Virus record (IMG/VR): IMGVR_UViG_3300033149_004104
Span: 115,564 to 135,563 of that record
Direction: 5' to 3' (one strand)
DNA from: an uncultured virus (IMG/VR IMGVR_UViG_3300033149_004104)
Lineage: Duplodnaviria > Heunggongvirae > Uroviricota > Caudoviricetes
Length of the DNA: 20,000 nt
Every line of letters starts with the position of its first letter. Positions within the stretch are counted from its first letter, which is position 1. Under the pieces are notes generated by a model that saw only the letters and a program-made list of their open reading frames with translations, ran no database searches and had not been told where the DNA came from. Both the position numbers and the translations under genes were made by a program. Below, piece after piece: positions 1 to 8,864 of the stretch.

Positions 1-2
1 TC

Positions 3-407
3 AGGAGCATAAAAATAAGTTTTGTTAAATATAATATCATAAAAACCTTTGATATCTAAATCGTCGCTTTTAATAATAGAATATAACGCCCTGCCTACTG
101 TAATAATTTTACTTTTTGGTTTTATATACTGCTTCAAGTCTATACATCTGTCGGCATAAAAATCAATTATTTTATTTGGTTCTTTATCTAAATTGAAATT
201 GAAACAGTTCAAGACAAGTATATCTGCATCAACTATACTAGAAATAAATCTTAAGAAAATTTCTCTAGTTTTATAATTATAATTTTTATCTAAAACAACT
301 ACAAAATCATAAGATTGATCTTTATTAGATTTAAATACTACTGAATCGATCATATTATAATATTTTTTAATATCGAGGTTTCTATTTAGAGGCTTACTAA
401 AAATCAA
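3..407 (-). CDS. N-terminal 135 aa of a gene running off the left edge; degenerate UDG-like domain, possibly the N-terminus of a SPO1-type family A DNA polymerase
   Basis: Missing from the ORF track. Open frame from TTG at 407 (SD GGGGAG at 417-412; in-frame ATG at 353) to the window edge: MIFSKPLNRNLDIKKYYNMIDSVVF...ILVLNCFNF...DRCIDLKQYIKPKSKIITVGRALYSIIKSDDLDIKGFYD...YAP. KIITVGRALYSI resembles the UDG-fold 'IIxLGxxAL' segment. The polymerase identity is inferred from context only. Confidence 0.5.
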   Translation of the reverse strand, partial: MIFSKPLNRNLDIKKYYNMIDSVVFKSNKDQSYDFVVVLDKNYNYKTREIFLRFISSIVDADILVLNCFNFNLDKEPNKIIDFYADRCIDLKQYIKPKSKIITVGRALYSIIKSDDLDIKGFYDIIFNKTYFYAP

Positions 408-473
408 TTTGCTCCCCTTTTGCTTCGATATCTATTTCAAGATTAGTTGCTTTAATAAAGTTTAAACAATTAT

Positions 474-1439
474 TTATCTTTCATTATTAACATAAGGTAT
501 TTGCTTGATCATTCCATTCCACAATTTAACAAGATATAATTCGGGAAATTTACCTCCTCCCGCTTGCTTATGTCCATGAATATTATGCAAGTTATTTACA
601 TCAAACCCTTCCCTAGCCCTCACTGACACTTTCCCGTTTACAGCCTTTTTATTACCCCCCTGAAATGTATTAATATTAATTATATATACAATATCATCAT
701 ATTTCTCAAGCAGCTTAGAGCAAACAATACTTACTCTAGAAGAACCATAATAAAGAATAAATTTATTTCCTCTATTATCAATTCTAATTTTCATATTCTG
801 TTCAGCATTTAATAGCTCTTCCTGTTCTTTAGCGATGCCCTCCTGTATAATGTTATGTTCATAATCTGTCCAATACCAATCTCCTCCCTTCTCAAATTTA
901 GAAAGCTGGAGATGAATAAAGGGCATAAACTTCTGCCAGGTTTTCTCTTTCGCTTCATAATCTGTACATTTCCAAAGTACTCTATTAAGATTTTGAGCTT
1001 CTTCCCATAAAGGGGAGCCTTTATTCCAAGTATCATATATATTTATTAAATCAACAAAATGTTTCACAATCTCAGGAATTGTTTTTTTCTTATCTTTAAT
1101 AAGCCATTCGTAAAAAAGTAAAGTTCCTGATTTTGATATATCCACATAAATATTATCGTCTGAGGGGAGTTCCAAGGACATCTCATGGTGGTCAAAAATA
1201 AAGTAATTTTTAAAATTACATTTAATATAATTAAAAAAAGAAACGCTAATTGAAAAATCAGTTATAAATATAATATTATCCTTTCCCTTATAATCTTCAA
1301 CTATATACTTCTCGTCATCATTTTTCTCTTCACCATATATAACAGGAATATACTGATCAATTGGCAGTTCAAAATATTTAGATAAAATTATAGGAGCAAT
1401 ACCGTCCAAGTCTATATAATGTGTCAATAAGATATTCAT
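474..1439 (-). CDS. DHH-family phosphoesterase (NrnA/NrnB-like nanoRNase or pAp phosphatase) with DHHA1 domain
   Basis: Motifs HYIDLDG, ITDFS, FDHH and C-terminal VSVR...GHKQAGG. The start is more likely 1439 (MNILL) or 1448, downstream of GGGGG at 1456-1452, than the track's 1469. Confidence 0.88.
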   Translation of the reverse strand: MNILLTHYIDLDGIAPIILSKYFELPIDQYIPVIYGEEKNDDEKYIVEDYKGKDNIIFITDFSISVSFFNYIKCNFKNYFIFDHHEMSLELPSDDNIYVDISKSGTLLFYEWLIKDKKKTIPEIVKHFVDLINIYDTWNKGSPLWEEAQNLNRVLWKCTDYEAKEKTWQKFMPFIHLQLSKFEKGGDWYWTDYEHNIIQEGIAKEQEELLNAEQNMKIRIDNRGNKFILYYGSSRVSIVCSKLLEKYDDIVYIININTFQGGNKKAVNGKVSVRAREGFDVNNLHNIHGHKQAGGGKFPELYLVKLWNGMIKQIPYVNNER

Positions 1440-1497
1440 TTTAAACATAAACCCCCATTTAAGAAACATTAACTAAAAAAACAACTCAATATTTCTT

Positions 1498-2085
1498 TCA
1501 ATCATTGTTTAGTTCCAGTTCTTTTAATTTTAAAAATCCATGTTTCCATTCATTCCATATTTTATTATTACTCAGATCCTCCTTTAAACTTCCTACATTT
1601 CTAATAATGTACGAGGGATGATATAAAGGAAAAATTGTATACCCAAAATCATCATCCTGTAATATCTTCTCTTTATACTTACCAATACCATTTAGTCCAA
1701 AGGCTTTTAATGCGTTATCTCCAAAAGGCACAACAATAGTATATCCTTTCTCCTTTAAGAATTTAAGTTCATTATATAAACCTTTCTTACAGTAACGAAC
1801 CGCTTTTATCGAATCCGGATGAAAAAAATTATTATTGGGCGGCCTGCAAGAAATTCTATTTGTCACCCATTGTATATTTCTCTTAATGCCTACTTCAGCT
1901 AACATTTTATTAAGAGCTTGCCCAGCCCGCCCTACAAAAGGGCGTTTTAATCTATCTTCATCTTTTCCAGGAGCTTCTCCCATAAATATGATCCTACCTC
2001 CATACGCCCCCTCGCCCCACACCTTATTTTGTCTTTTAAATGGACAGAAATTACATTCGCTTTCTTTCCTTATAAATTTAAACAT
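1498..2085 (-). CDS. udg: Uracil-DNA glycosylase, family 4 (4Fe-4S type)
   Basis: CxxC (CNFC), GEAPG, PFVGRAG, CRPPNN, a fourth Cys (RYC) and HPSY motifs; SD GAGGAG upstream. Confidence 0.93.
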   Translation of the reverse strand: MFKFIRKESECNFCPFKRQNKVWGEGAYGGRIIFMGEAPGKDEDRLKRPFVGRAGQALNKMLAEVGIKRNIQWVTNRISCRPPNNNFFHPDSIKAVRYCKKGLYNELKFLKEKGYTIVVPFGDNALKAFGLNGIGKYKEKILQDDDFGYTIFPLYHPSYIIRNVGSLKEDLSNNKIWNEWKHGFLKLKELELNND

Positions 2086-2122
2086 CTTATTTATGTTCTC
2101 CTCAATAATAGATAATTAAAAT

Positions 2123-3955
2123 TCACACATCGCCTTTAAAAATATTTTTCCACTCGTCCTTACTTAAAGTTTCTTTTTGAAATAATTTCTCATCGAGATC
2201 AGTTTTTTGAATCAAAGCTTTTTCAATATACTCATCTAAACTTTCTTCAAAAATTATAGGATTAATAATAACCCGTTTACTTTGTCCAATACGGTGAAAT
2301 CTTTTTATACTCTGACTCCAATTTGTATAGCTAAAATCACGACTGAAATAAATTACCCGAGAGCATTCAGTTAAATTTATTGCTGTACTCATTACTCGAA
2401 AACTGCCAACGAGCAGATTACTATCCTTATCTTGCTTGAATCTTTCTATCTTAGCATCTCGTTCTTCTTGAGTTTTTTCAGTATTGCCGTGTATAGTAAT
2501 TGGATTATATTTGCTATACCGTTCTGAAAGTAAATCAATTGTTCTCGGATGAAAATCAAAAATAACCAGTTTTTCCTTTTCTTCATTTAAATAATTATTT
2601 ACAAGAGAATCAAGAATATCAATCTTTCCATGATGCTTTTCAAATTTAAACTTTTTTACAAGGTCTGCTAATGTGCGTGAATAAACAGGGTCAATCTTCC
2701 CTTTTAACAACTCAGCATTTTCATAAGCGAGCGAAATATATGCAAATTTATTTCTTAACTTTTTTGGTACTAATCTTCCATCGTTCTCTTTCTTGATAAT
2801 TGTAATAACATAATTAACAAGAGCCTCGTAGATTTGTTTCTGCAAATCACTTAATTCTGCATATACATTTTTAATATATAATTTAGGCAATTCAAGAACT
2901 TCATCTGATTTATATCGTACTACTAACTTTTTAAACTGCTTTTCCCACCATTCTTGTTTATCTTTATAAACATAATTTACGGCATAATCACTAAATCTAT
3001 TACCTATATTAGCAATATCATCAATCCACTGGTAGTATGATTTGCCTATTATATTATTATCAAGAAAAGTTATCTGATTGTATATTTCATCAAATCTATT
3101 TGGAGTAGGAGTTCCAGTAAGCACATATCGAAAATCAAAATACTGTTTATGCAAAAGAATTACTTTAGCCTGTCGAGATTGAATAGACTTAATATTATGA
3201 GACTCATCAAGTATAATAGCTCGTTTATTACCAAATAAATCCCAAGGGATGACAGGTTTTCTATATTTTTTATTTAACCTACCATTATTTAACTTTCTAA
3301 ACCAATCATCACTAAGCGTTAAGTAATGCCGATATGTCATGATAATTACCTTAACATTAGACAGGTCTTGTTCAAATGGATTTCTATTACTATTCGCTTG
3401 TGATATTAATATATTATCTTTCGTAAGAAAATTAGAGAAATGAAGTAATTCTCTTCTCCAGTTATAAACGCCTTCTGAAGGCGATACGATTACGATTTTA
3501 TCAATTTCGTTTTCAGCATACAATTGATTCAGTAAAGAAGTAACAATATACGTCTTTCCAGTACCCATTTGAAGAAACAATGCAAGTCTATTCTGTTTAA
3601 TACCTTTTCGTATTGCGTCAAGTTGAAAATTCTCATAGGGCGGTTTCCCCTTAATAGGCGGCACGATAAGATACTTCTCATCAAATATTTTCCTTCTAAA
3701 TTCTGTTTCCGGTTGTGTTTCTTTAAGAGATTGCTGCATCATTTCTTCTTCATTTCTAACAATAATCGTATCAATCTCTTCAAGTTTGTATTTAATCTTT
3801 ATAAAAGAAGAAGCCTTACCATACCATGCTTTATACTCAGGGTCATACCGAAATTCTTTAGTACTTTTTATAATATCTTTTATACTATTGAAATAATCAC
3901 CATTGAATTTTATACCAACCAACTTAGCTGGCTCATTATACTCTACCTTAATCAT
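2123..3955 (-). CDS. SNF2-family helicase/ATPase with N-terminal HARP-like domain
   Basis: Walker A LFLQMGTGKT, DESH box, LTGTP, motif VI QSIKRFHRIGQ; N-terminal IKSTKEFRYDPEYKAWY resembles a HARP domain. Confidence 0.9.
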   Translation of the reverse strand: MIKVEYNEPAKLVGIKFNGDYFNSIKDIIKSTKEFRYDPEYKAWYGKASSFIKIKYKLEEIDTIIVRNEEEMMQQSLKETQPETEFRRKIFDEKYLIVPPIKGKPPYENFQLDAIRKGIKQNRLALFLQMGTGKTYIVTSLLNQLYAENEIDKIVIVSPSEGVYNWRRELLHFSNFLTKDNILISQANSNRNPFEQDLSNVKVIIMTYRHYLTLSDDWFRKLNNGRLNKKYRKPVIPWDLFGNKRAIILDESHNIKSIQSRQAKVILLHKQYFDFRYVLTGTPTPNRFDEIYNQITFLDNNIIGKSYYQWIDDIANIGNRFSDYAVNYVYKDKQEWWEKQFKKLVVRYKSDEVLELPKLYIKNVYAELSDLQKQIYEALVNYVITIIKKENDGRLVPKKLRNKFAYISLAYENAELLKGKIDPVYSRTLADLVKKFKFEKHHGKIDILDSLVNNYLNEEKEKLVIFDFHPRTIDLLSERYSKYNPITIHGNTEKTQEERDAKIERFKQDKDSNLLVGSFRVMSTAINLTECSRVIYFSRDFSYTNWSQSIKRFHRIGQSKRVIINPIIFEESLDEYIEKALIQKTDLDEKLFQKETLSKDEWKNIFKGDV

Positions 3956-3959
3956 TTTT

Positions 3960-4925
3960 TTATCTCCTTCTCATTTTGGGCGGATTAAATAGAATTTTTG
4001 CAGGATCCTTTTCTTTTTCTGCATCCTCTCTACATATATAAATATACATTTTTTTATCTATTTCTTTAATGTCAAATCCCAGAATTTTATAAATTATTTC
4101 AAGCGCTTTCGGATTAAATTTGCCTGGTATAATGTATTGATCAATTTCTTCTTCCTTTATTGGAAAGAAAGATATAAGCTGGTGATTAAGATTAAGTCTG
4201 TTTTTATTTTTTCTAAACTCATTTTTAACTTTATCGCTTATGTAATCTATAATATCCAAATTCTCTAGTATTTCATACACATCTTTATATTCACTACATA
4301 ACCTCTCAACTATTTTAGTCTGTATTCTCGGCACACCAACAGGAATTTCATCACTTGCGTCACCTTTTATCACTTTGTATAAAGTTACAGAATCTACAGT
4401 GGGTTTAAAGTTATATTTATTAATAAAAGCACATAAATCAATAATTTGCTTATTTCTATATAGGTGTGTATTTTCACTAATACAGCGAGCCCAATCTAGA
4501 TCTTCAGATATAAGCAAGTTTTTACTTTCTTTTGAAATATTTTTTAATATATAAGGAACAATATCATCGGCCTCATATCCTGTACCATAAACTATTACAT
4601 ATTGTTCGCTTTTATTAAGAAGAATAAGTCGTAAATAGTCCATTCCCTTGTAGAAATGTTTAGGCCTTCTAAATCGAATCATTTTATAACCGGGATCAAT
4701 CATTTCTTGTCGTAAATTATACTTAGAATCATGGTTATCAAATAAAAACCAAAATTTTGTATTCTTTTTAGCGAAATTCCTCTCCCATTTCAATACGGAA
4801 TTTAAAAATCCCCATATCCCCCCTGTTATTATAGTGCGCCCCTTTACTCGATGGGTCATATTTTTAAATATAGAATAATTTCGAGTATACCAAAGATTTG
4901 AATCTACTAAAATATTATCATACAT
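3960..4925 (-). CDS. 5'-3' exonuclease / flap endonuclease (Pol I 5'-nuclease, T5 D15, T4 RNase H family)
   Basis: LVDSN, FLFD, YK..R, YEADDIV, ISEDLDW and helix-hairpin KGDASDEIPVGVPRI motifs. Confidence 0.9.
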   Translation of the reverse strand: MYDNILVDSNLWYTRNYSIFKNMTHRVKGRTIITGGIWGFLNSVLKWERNFAKKNTKFWFLFDNHDSKYNLRQEMIDPGYKMIRFRRPKHFYKGMDYLRLILLNKSEQYVIVYGTGYEADDIVPYILKNISKESKNLLISEDLDWARCISENTHLYRNKQIIDLCAFINKYNFKPTVDSVTLYKVIKGDASDEIPVGVPRIQTKIVERLCSEYKDVYEILENLDIIDYISDKVKNEFRKNKNRLNLNHQLISFFPIKEEEIDQYIIPGKFNPKALEIIYKILGFDIKEIDKKMYIYICREDAEKEKDPAKILFNPPKMRRR

Positions 4926-4931
4926 ATAGTA

Positions 4932-5327
4932 TCATTCAGTTAATGTATCCTGTAAATATAATCGAAATATTTCTTTTAACATATTCTTATTTGAACTTAT
5001 TTGTTGTAAGAAATTATCTAAATTTTTATTATCATTTACAATACTTTCAATATCTGTTTCCTTAAAAGCATCATATCTTCTTATTAATTGTTCAAATTTT
5101 TCTTCATTTTCTATTTTCTCATTATTCAAGTTAAACGGAATATATTTATTAATTGCCTCAACAGAGAATATATTTAATTTAATAAGAAAAAGTTTAATAA
5201 AAACTATCAACTCTTCGGGACTAACATCCCCCATTAAATCCAAGGTACTTGTATAATTATCATCTACATTATTACTATAGTCTTTATAAATGTATTGTAT
5301 CTTAAGTTCATGTATAATTGCCGACAT
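4932..5327 (-). CDS. Hypothetical protein, 131 aa
   Basis: ORF within the minus-strand operon with SD AAGGAG upstream; no motif recognised. Confidence 0.75.
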   Translation of the reverse strand: MSAIIHELKIQYIYKDYSNNVDDNYTSTLDLMGDVSPEELIVFIKLFLIKLNIFSVEAINKYIPFNLNNEKIENEEKFEQLIRRYDAFKETDIESIVNDNKNLDNFLQQISSNKNMLKEIFRLYLQDTLTE

Positions 5328-5364
5328 AATTTATTAATCTGCTCCTTTTAATACTAATTAATAG

Positions 5365-6741
5365 TTACTCCGTCACCTTACTGTAATCCGGTTGATAGTA
5401 AAAGGTAGAAATCTTCCCCCTTTTTTTATGCCATAAGTGCGCTTGCGCTTCTTTAAGATGACTGTGACCTTCAGCATAAGCCCATGCACTTATAGGAGCA
5501 ATAGATGGGAGTACAAGTACTCTTACTCCCATTTTTTCCATTACCGAGTATGCATGAAGGTGCCCAGTATGAATCTCTCTAAACTCAGTTTTACCCCAAA
5601 GTTCAGGCACTTCTCTTGCCATAATAAGCGGAATACTATCTATTTTTTTCTTTCTCCCGCCACTTTTCGTACCATGATCAAATCCGATAAGACATTTGCC
5701 CCATCTATAGTATTTCCGAAGCTTAGGTTCATTATCAATTTCTACTTGATTTGTTGTACGATAATGATGCTTTAATGTCTCACCTAGATAATAGGCCCTT
5801 TGTACATCATGATTTCCGGGAATAATAGGAACAATAACGTTGGCAATTGTTAAAAGCATATCGATTCCTCGTATTGCCATTTCCACTCCATAAGTGAAGC
5901 TCTTTTGATATCTACAGTCTTCATGCTGTACGGTACCGGAAAACGTTGTGTTTTGAGCATTATCAACATTAAAATAATCGTTGCCTATTGGAAACAAAAT
6001 TCTCGAAATATCGTATTCCTTACAAACTTTAATAATATTATCTACACATTCTATAAATTTTTCTCTCGTAACTTTAATATCATAATTTGCATCGCCCGTT
6101 TCTTCTCCCCATGCAAGTAGTCCTAGATGTGTATCAGGAATAGAAACTTCTAACATAAGATCGTTATTCTTTATGTTTCTCTTAATTTCGGGATATTCAA
6201 ATTTATAATCTTTAAGAAACTTCTTAATTTTCTTAGCTGCTGTTTCTATAGACTCCTCTTTTCTTCTTTCAAAAACAGCTTTTATTTTACATTGATAATT
6301 TCTATTTACTACCCATTGATTCTTTTTAGTAGATGTGCCGTTTATAACGCCATCGTTCCATGACAAGTCTTGCTCTTTATATTTTGCTGATACGTCCCAG
6401 TAGTTCGTAGTAATTGTATAATTTCTTACTTTCCATACCGCCATATCGATTTCAGCATAAGTAATCAAATCTTCTAAAGTTTTAATATCCGGAGATACCG
6501 ATACAATCGTCTGTTTTTTGTCGCTTACTGTTCTTGTAATAGTTGTTTTATTTGAATTGTTAAAATCTTTCTTAAACTCTACACGTAATATTCTTGTTAT
6601 GTTATCATTAAAAGTTTCATAAGTAAAATTACTTAAAACCTCCCTTTTACACTGATCTATATTATTTCTTACCCAATCTTCTCCTTTTTCTTTTAAATAA
6701 AAACGAATCCACTCTGTAGAGTATTTAAATCTTTTATCCAA
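5365..6741 (-). CDS. Calcineurin-like metallophosphoesterase with a long N-terminal extension
   Basis: Metallophosphoesterase motifs PDTHLG, GNDYF, PGNHD, DHG and GHLH in the C-terminal half. Confidence 0.88.
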   Translation of the reverse strand: MDKRFKYSTEWIRFYLKEKGEDWVRNNIDQCKREVLSNFTYETFNDNITRILRVEFKKDFNNSNKTTITRTVSDKKQTIVSVSPDIKTLEDLITYAEIDMAVWKVRNYTITTNYWDVSAKYKEQDLSWNDGVINGTSTKKNQWVVNRNYQCKIKAVFERRKEESIETAAKKIKKFLKDYKFEYPEIKRNIKNNDLMLEVSIPDTHLGLLAWGEETGDANYDIKVTREKFIECVDNIIKVCKEYDISRILFPIGNDYFNVDNAQNTTFSGTVQHEDCRYQKSFTYGVEMAIRGIDMLLTIANVIVPIIPGNHDVQRAYYLGETLKHHYRTTNQVEIDNEPKLRKYYRWGKCLIGFDHGTKSGGRKKKIDSIPLIMAREVPELWGKTEFREIHTGHLHAYSVMEKMGVRVLVLPSIAPISAWAYAEGHSHLKEAQAHLWHKKRGKISTFYYQPDYSKVTE

Positions 6742-7042
6742 CCCCTTTTTTTCTCCTTCTTTTTTTAATCTGTTTGTGATGAAAATCTAATTTATGCCCC
6801 CTCCTTCTTGATTTCTTAGCCTCTAATCTTCTCTCTTCTCTATTTTTAATTCCGGGCAGGGTAAGAAACTTTTTTATAATTGTTCGATTATTAACAACAT
6901 ATCTTTTTTGATAAGCGTAATCTTCAAACTTTCTGACAACAGAGTATTTTCCTTTTGGAAAAAAATCATTAAGATTTTTTCCTTCTGGAATTTTTTTTAC
7001 ATCTTCTTCAGTATAAAAAAGAACATGACCTATTATTCTCAT
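6734..7042 (-). CDS. Hypothetical basic protein, 102 aa
   Basis: SD AGGAG; overlaps the next gene by 8 nt; C-terminus very rich in Arg/Lys (KKSRRRGHK...KKRRRKK). Confidence 0.75.
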   Translation of the reverse strand: MRIIGHVLFYTEEDVKKIPEGKNLNDFFPKGKYSVVRKFEDYAYQKRYVVNNRTIIKKFLTLPGIKNREERRLEAKKSRRRGHKLDFHHKQIKKRRRKKGVG

Positions 7043-7058
7043 AATTATTTATGCTCTC

Positions 7059-7679
7059 CTACACTTTTTTTGTAATAACGTTATTATATTTATCTACTTC
7101 ATATCCTTCAGATACGAGCTTCGACTTATTATCAAAATATTTCCATCTGTTACGAGGATCAGTTATATCGTTTAAAATTTTTTTAAGAAAATATGTACAA
7201 GGAATTTTTAATTTAAATCTTTTTATTTCATTTGTTACAAGATTTCTTATTATAAGTTCATCTACTTTCATAATTACTTTTTCTATTCGCCATTTTACTT
7301 CCTTTTCTTGAATAATCCCCCCACTTGGTGTAATATCCTTAAGGGATATATCCCCCCTTGAAACCATACAGTTAAGCTCCTCAGTTGTAAATTTCTGCTC
7401 ATATTTAACAACTTGAATCATAATTGGATAATGCTCATTTATAAGTTTTTGACGTATATCATAAATATTCGATTTCACATCTTTTGTAAAATCAAAATTA
7501 AAATCAAATAATTTTTTCTTTTTGTAATCTTTTCCTACATAATGATAAAGAGTAACTCCTTTATCCGTTATGATAGGATTATGTAAAAAAAGGGGGGATT
7601 TAGAACAAAAATTTTTAAATCTTTTTTCAAATTCATCTAGAAAAATTCTCACATCAATTTTTTCATCATTTACTATCAT
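7059..7679 (-). CDS. Hypothetical protein, 206 aa
   Basis: SD GAGGT upstream; packed in the minus-strand operon; no motif recognised. Confidence 0.78.
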   Translation of the reverse strand: MIVNDEKIDVRIFLDEFEKRFKNFCSKSPLFLHNPIITDKGVTLYHYVGKDYKKKKLFDFNFDFTKDVKSNIYDIRQKLINEHYPIMIQVVKYEQKFTTEELNCMVSRGDISLKDITPSGGIIQEKEVKWRIEKVIMKVDELIIRNLVTNEIKRFKLKIPCTYFLKKILNDITDPRNRWKYFDNKSKLVSEGYEVDKYNNVITKKV

Positions 7680-7705
7680 TTGAGTATTACCTCGTTTCCT
7701 ATATC

Positions 7706-8785
7706 TTAGTAATCTTTGAACTTGGATAGAGCAACATGAATCTCTTTATTAGTCAAGCCTATAATATTATAGGCGTTCTTATCTTTATCAGTAAGATCAA
7801 TCTGAATTAGAATATCAGAGTCATCAATAACATTGATAGCTTCATAAAAGCTCCTTCTAGCGATCCAAAATCCATACCCAATTTGATCTTCATCAATTTT
7901 TTCAACGTTTACAACATGTTTAATTCTGGTATAAGCGTCGTCATCTGACTTTATTAATATGTGTTTTTCATCTATTGCCTCTATGTAAACTCTCTCATTT
8001 ACCTCATTATAAACGAATTGCCCTACAAATTCGAGGTTTTCTAAAAAAGAGTCTTTTTTAATATGAATAAATTTATCATGTGTGTATAAATTTATAATAT
8101 CATCTGAATCTAAATTTTCAGGTATCTTTAATTCTAAATATTCAACAAATTGAATTTTTATTTCTTTATTTTCATCGCAAATAAAAAGTTGTTTTTTATC
8201 TTTATTAAAATAAATTTGTAATTCTCTGAACGGCAATGCTTTTATAACAGAAACAACCGACCTGTTAAAATCTGCATGATAATCTATTTCTTGATCACTA
8301 TTTAAGACGGCTTCATAAAGACACGTCCCATCCGTACTTACAATCTTATTCTTATAAAAACGAACCCCCCCATAATTTCTAGCCGACTCATCACCGGCAA
8401 ATTCCAAGCCTTTTATCATTTTTTGAATGCCCTCAGAACTTAGGCTAAATTTCTTCGCATTATCAAAATCAAAATTTATATAATAAAAAAAATCAGAACC
8501 AGAGAACGAGTATAAATTATATTCATTATTTCCCACGCAAAAAGCTTTATTTTCTTTTACTTTTAACTCCTCAAAAATAGCACAAAGAGCAAGTAATTCC
8601 TTACCTGCTACATAGAAGTTATCCACTTTGTCTGGATCAACAGTATGCTGAAATTGAACTTCAGCAATAAAATTATCGCTAGTTATTCTAAAAACAGATT
8701 CTTTAAAATCGAGATAAACCTGATTTTCATTGGCCATTCTAACTAAGTTAGAAAATTTAGAAAATTTCTCTGTAATAATCTTCAA
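7706..8785 (-). CDS. dnaN: Sliding clamp, DNA polymerase III beta-subunit-like
   Basis: 359 aa matches the three-domain beta-clamp length; acidic composition; NYGGVRF...IVSTDGTCL matches the DnaN 'LNGV...VATDGHRL' segment; TTG start with SD AAGGAG. Confidence 0.75.
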   Translation of the reverse strand: MKIITEKFSKFSNLVRMANENQVYLDFKESVFRITSDNFIAEVQFQHTVDPDKVDNFYVAGKELLALCAIFEELKVKENKAFCVGNNEYNLYSFSGSDFFYYINFDFDNAKKFSLSSEGIQKMIKGLEFAGDESARNYGGVRFYKNKIVSTDGTCLYEAVLNSDQEIDYHADFNRSVVSVIKALPFRELQIYFNKDKKQLFICDENKEIKIQFVEYLELKIPENLDSDDIINLYTHDKFIHIKKDSFLENLEFVGQFVYNEVNERVYIEAIDEKHILIKSDDDAYTRIKHVVNVEKIDEDQIGYGFWIARRSFYEAINVIDDSDILIQIDLTDKDKNAYNIIGLTNKEIHVALSKFKDY

Positions 8786-8822
8786 TTTGCTTCTCCTTAA
8801 TGCTTAATTTTTTACATGATAT

Positions 8823-8851
8823 AATATATATTAATTTTAAGAAAATTTTAA
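8823..8851 (-). promoter_or_regulatory. Promoter-like motif TTAAAA-N17-TATATT driving the leftward replication operon
   Basis: -35-like hexamer at 8851-8846 and -10-like hexamer at 8828-8823, 17-nt spacer; same architecture at three other sites. Confidence 0.7.
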
Positions 8852-8855
8852 CTAA
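8850..8855 (+). promoter_or_regulatory. WACTAA motif, candidate promoter for a leaderless transcript
   Basis: AACTAA 9 nt before the SD-less ATG at 8865; same motif before the starts at 11954 and 12285. Confidence 0.45.
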
Positions 8856-8864
8856 CATTACACT

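Noticed and set aside
443..448. Fourth AACTAA motif (minus strand) upstream of the putative polymerase
   Set aside because: It lies 35 nt from a start that has its own SD; a lone short motif in AT-rich DNA cannot be told from chance.
809..7311. Short alternative ORFs 809-1036, 1835-2119, 3569-3988, 5437-5775, 5905-6120 and 7051-7311
   Set aside because: They overlap well-supported genes in another frame or on the opposite strand and show no recognisable motifs.
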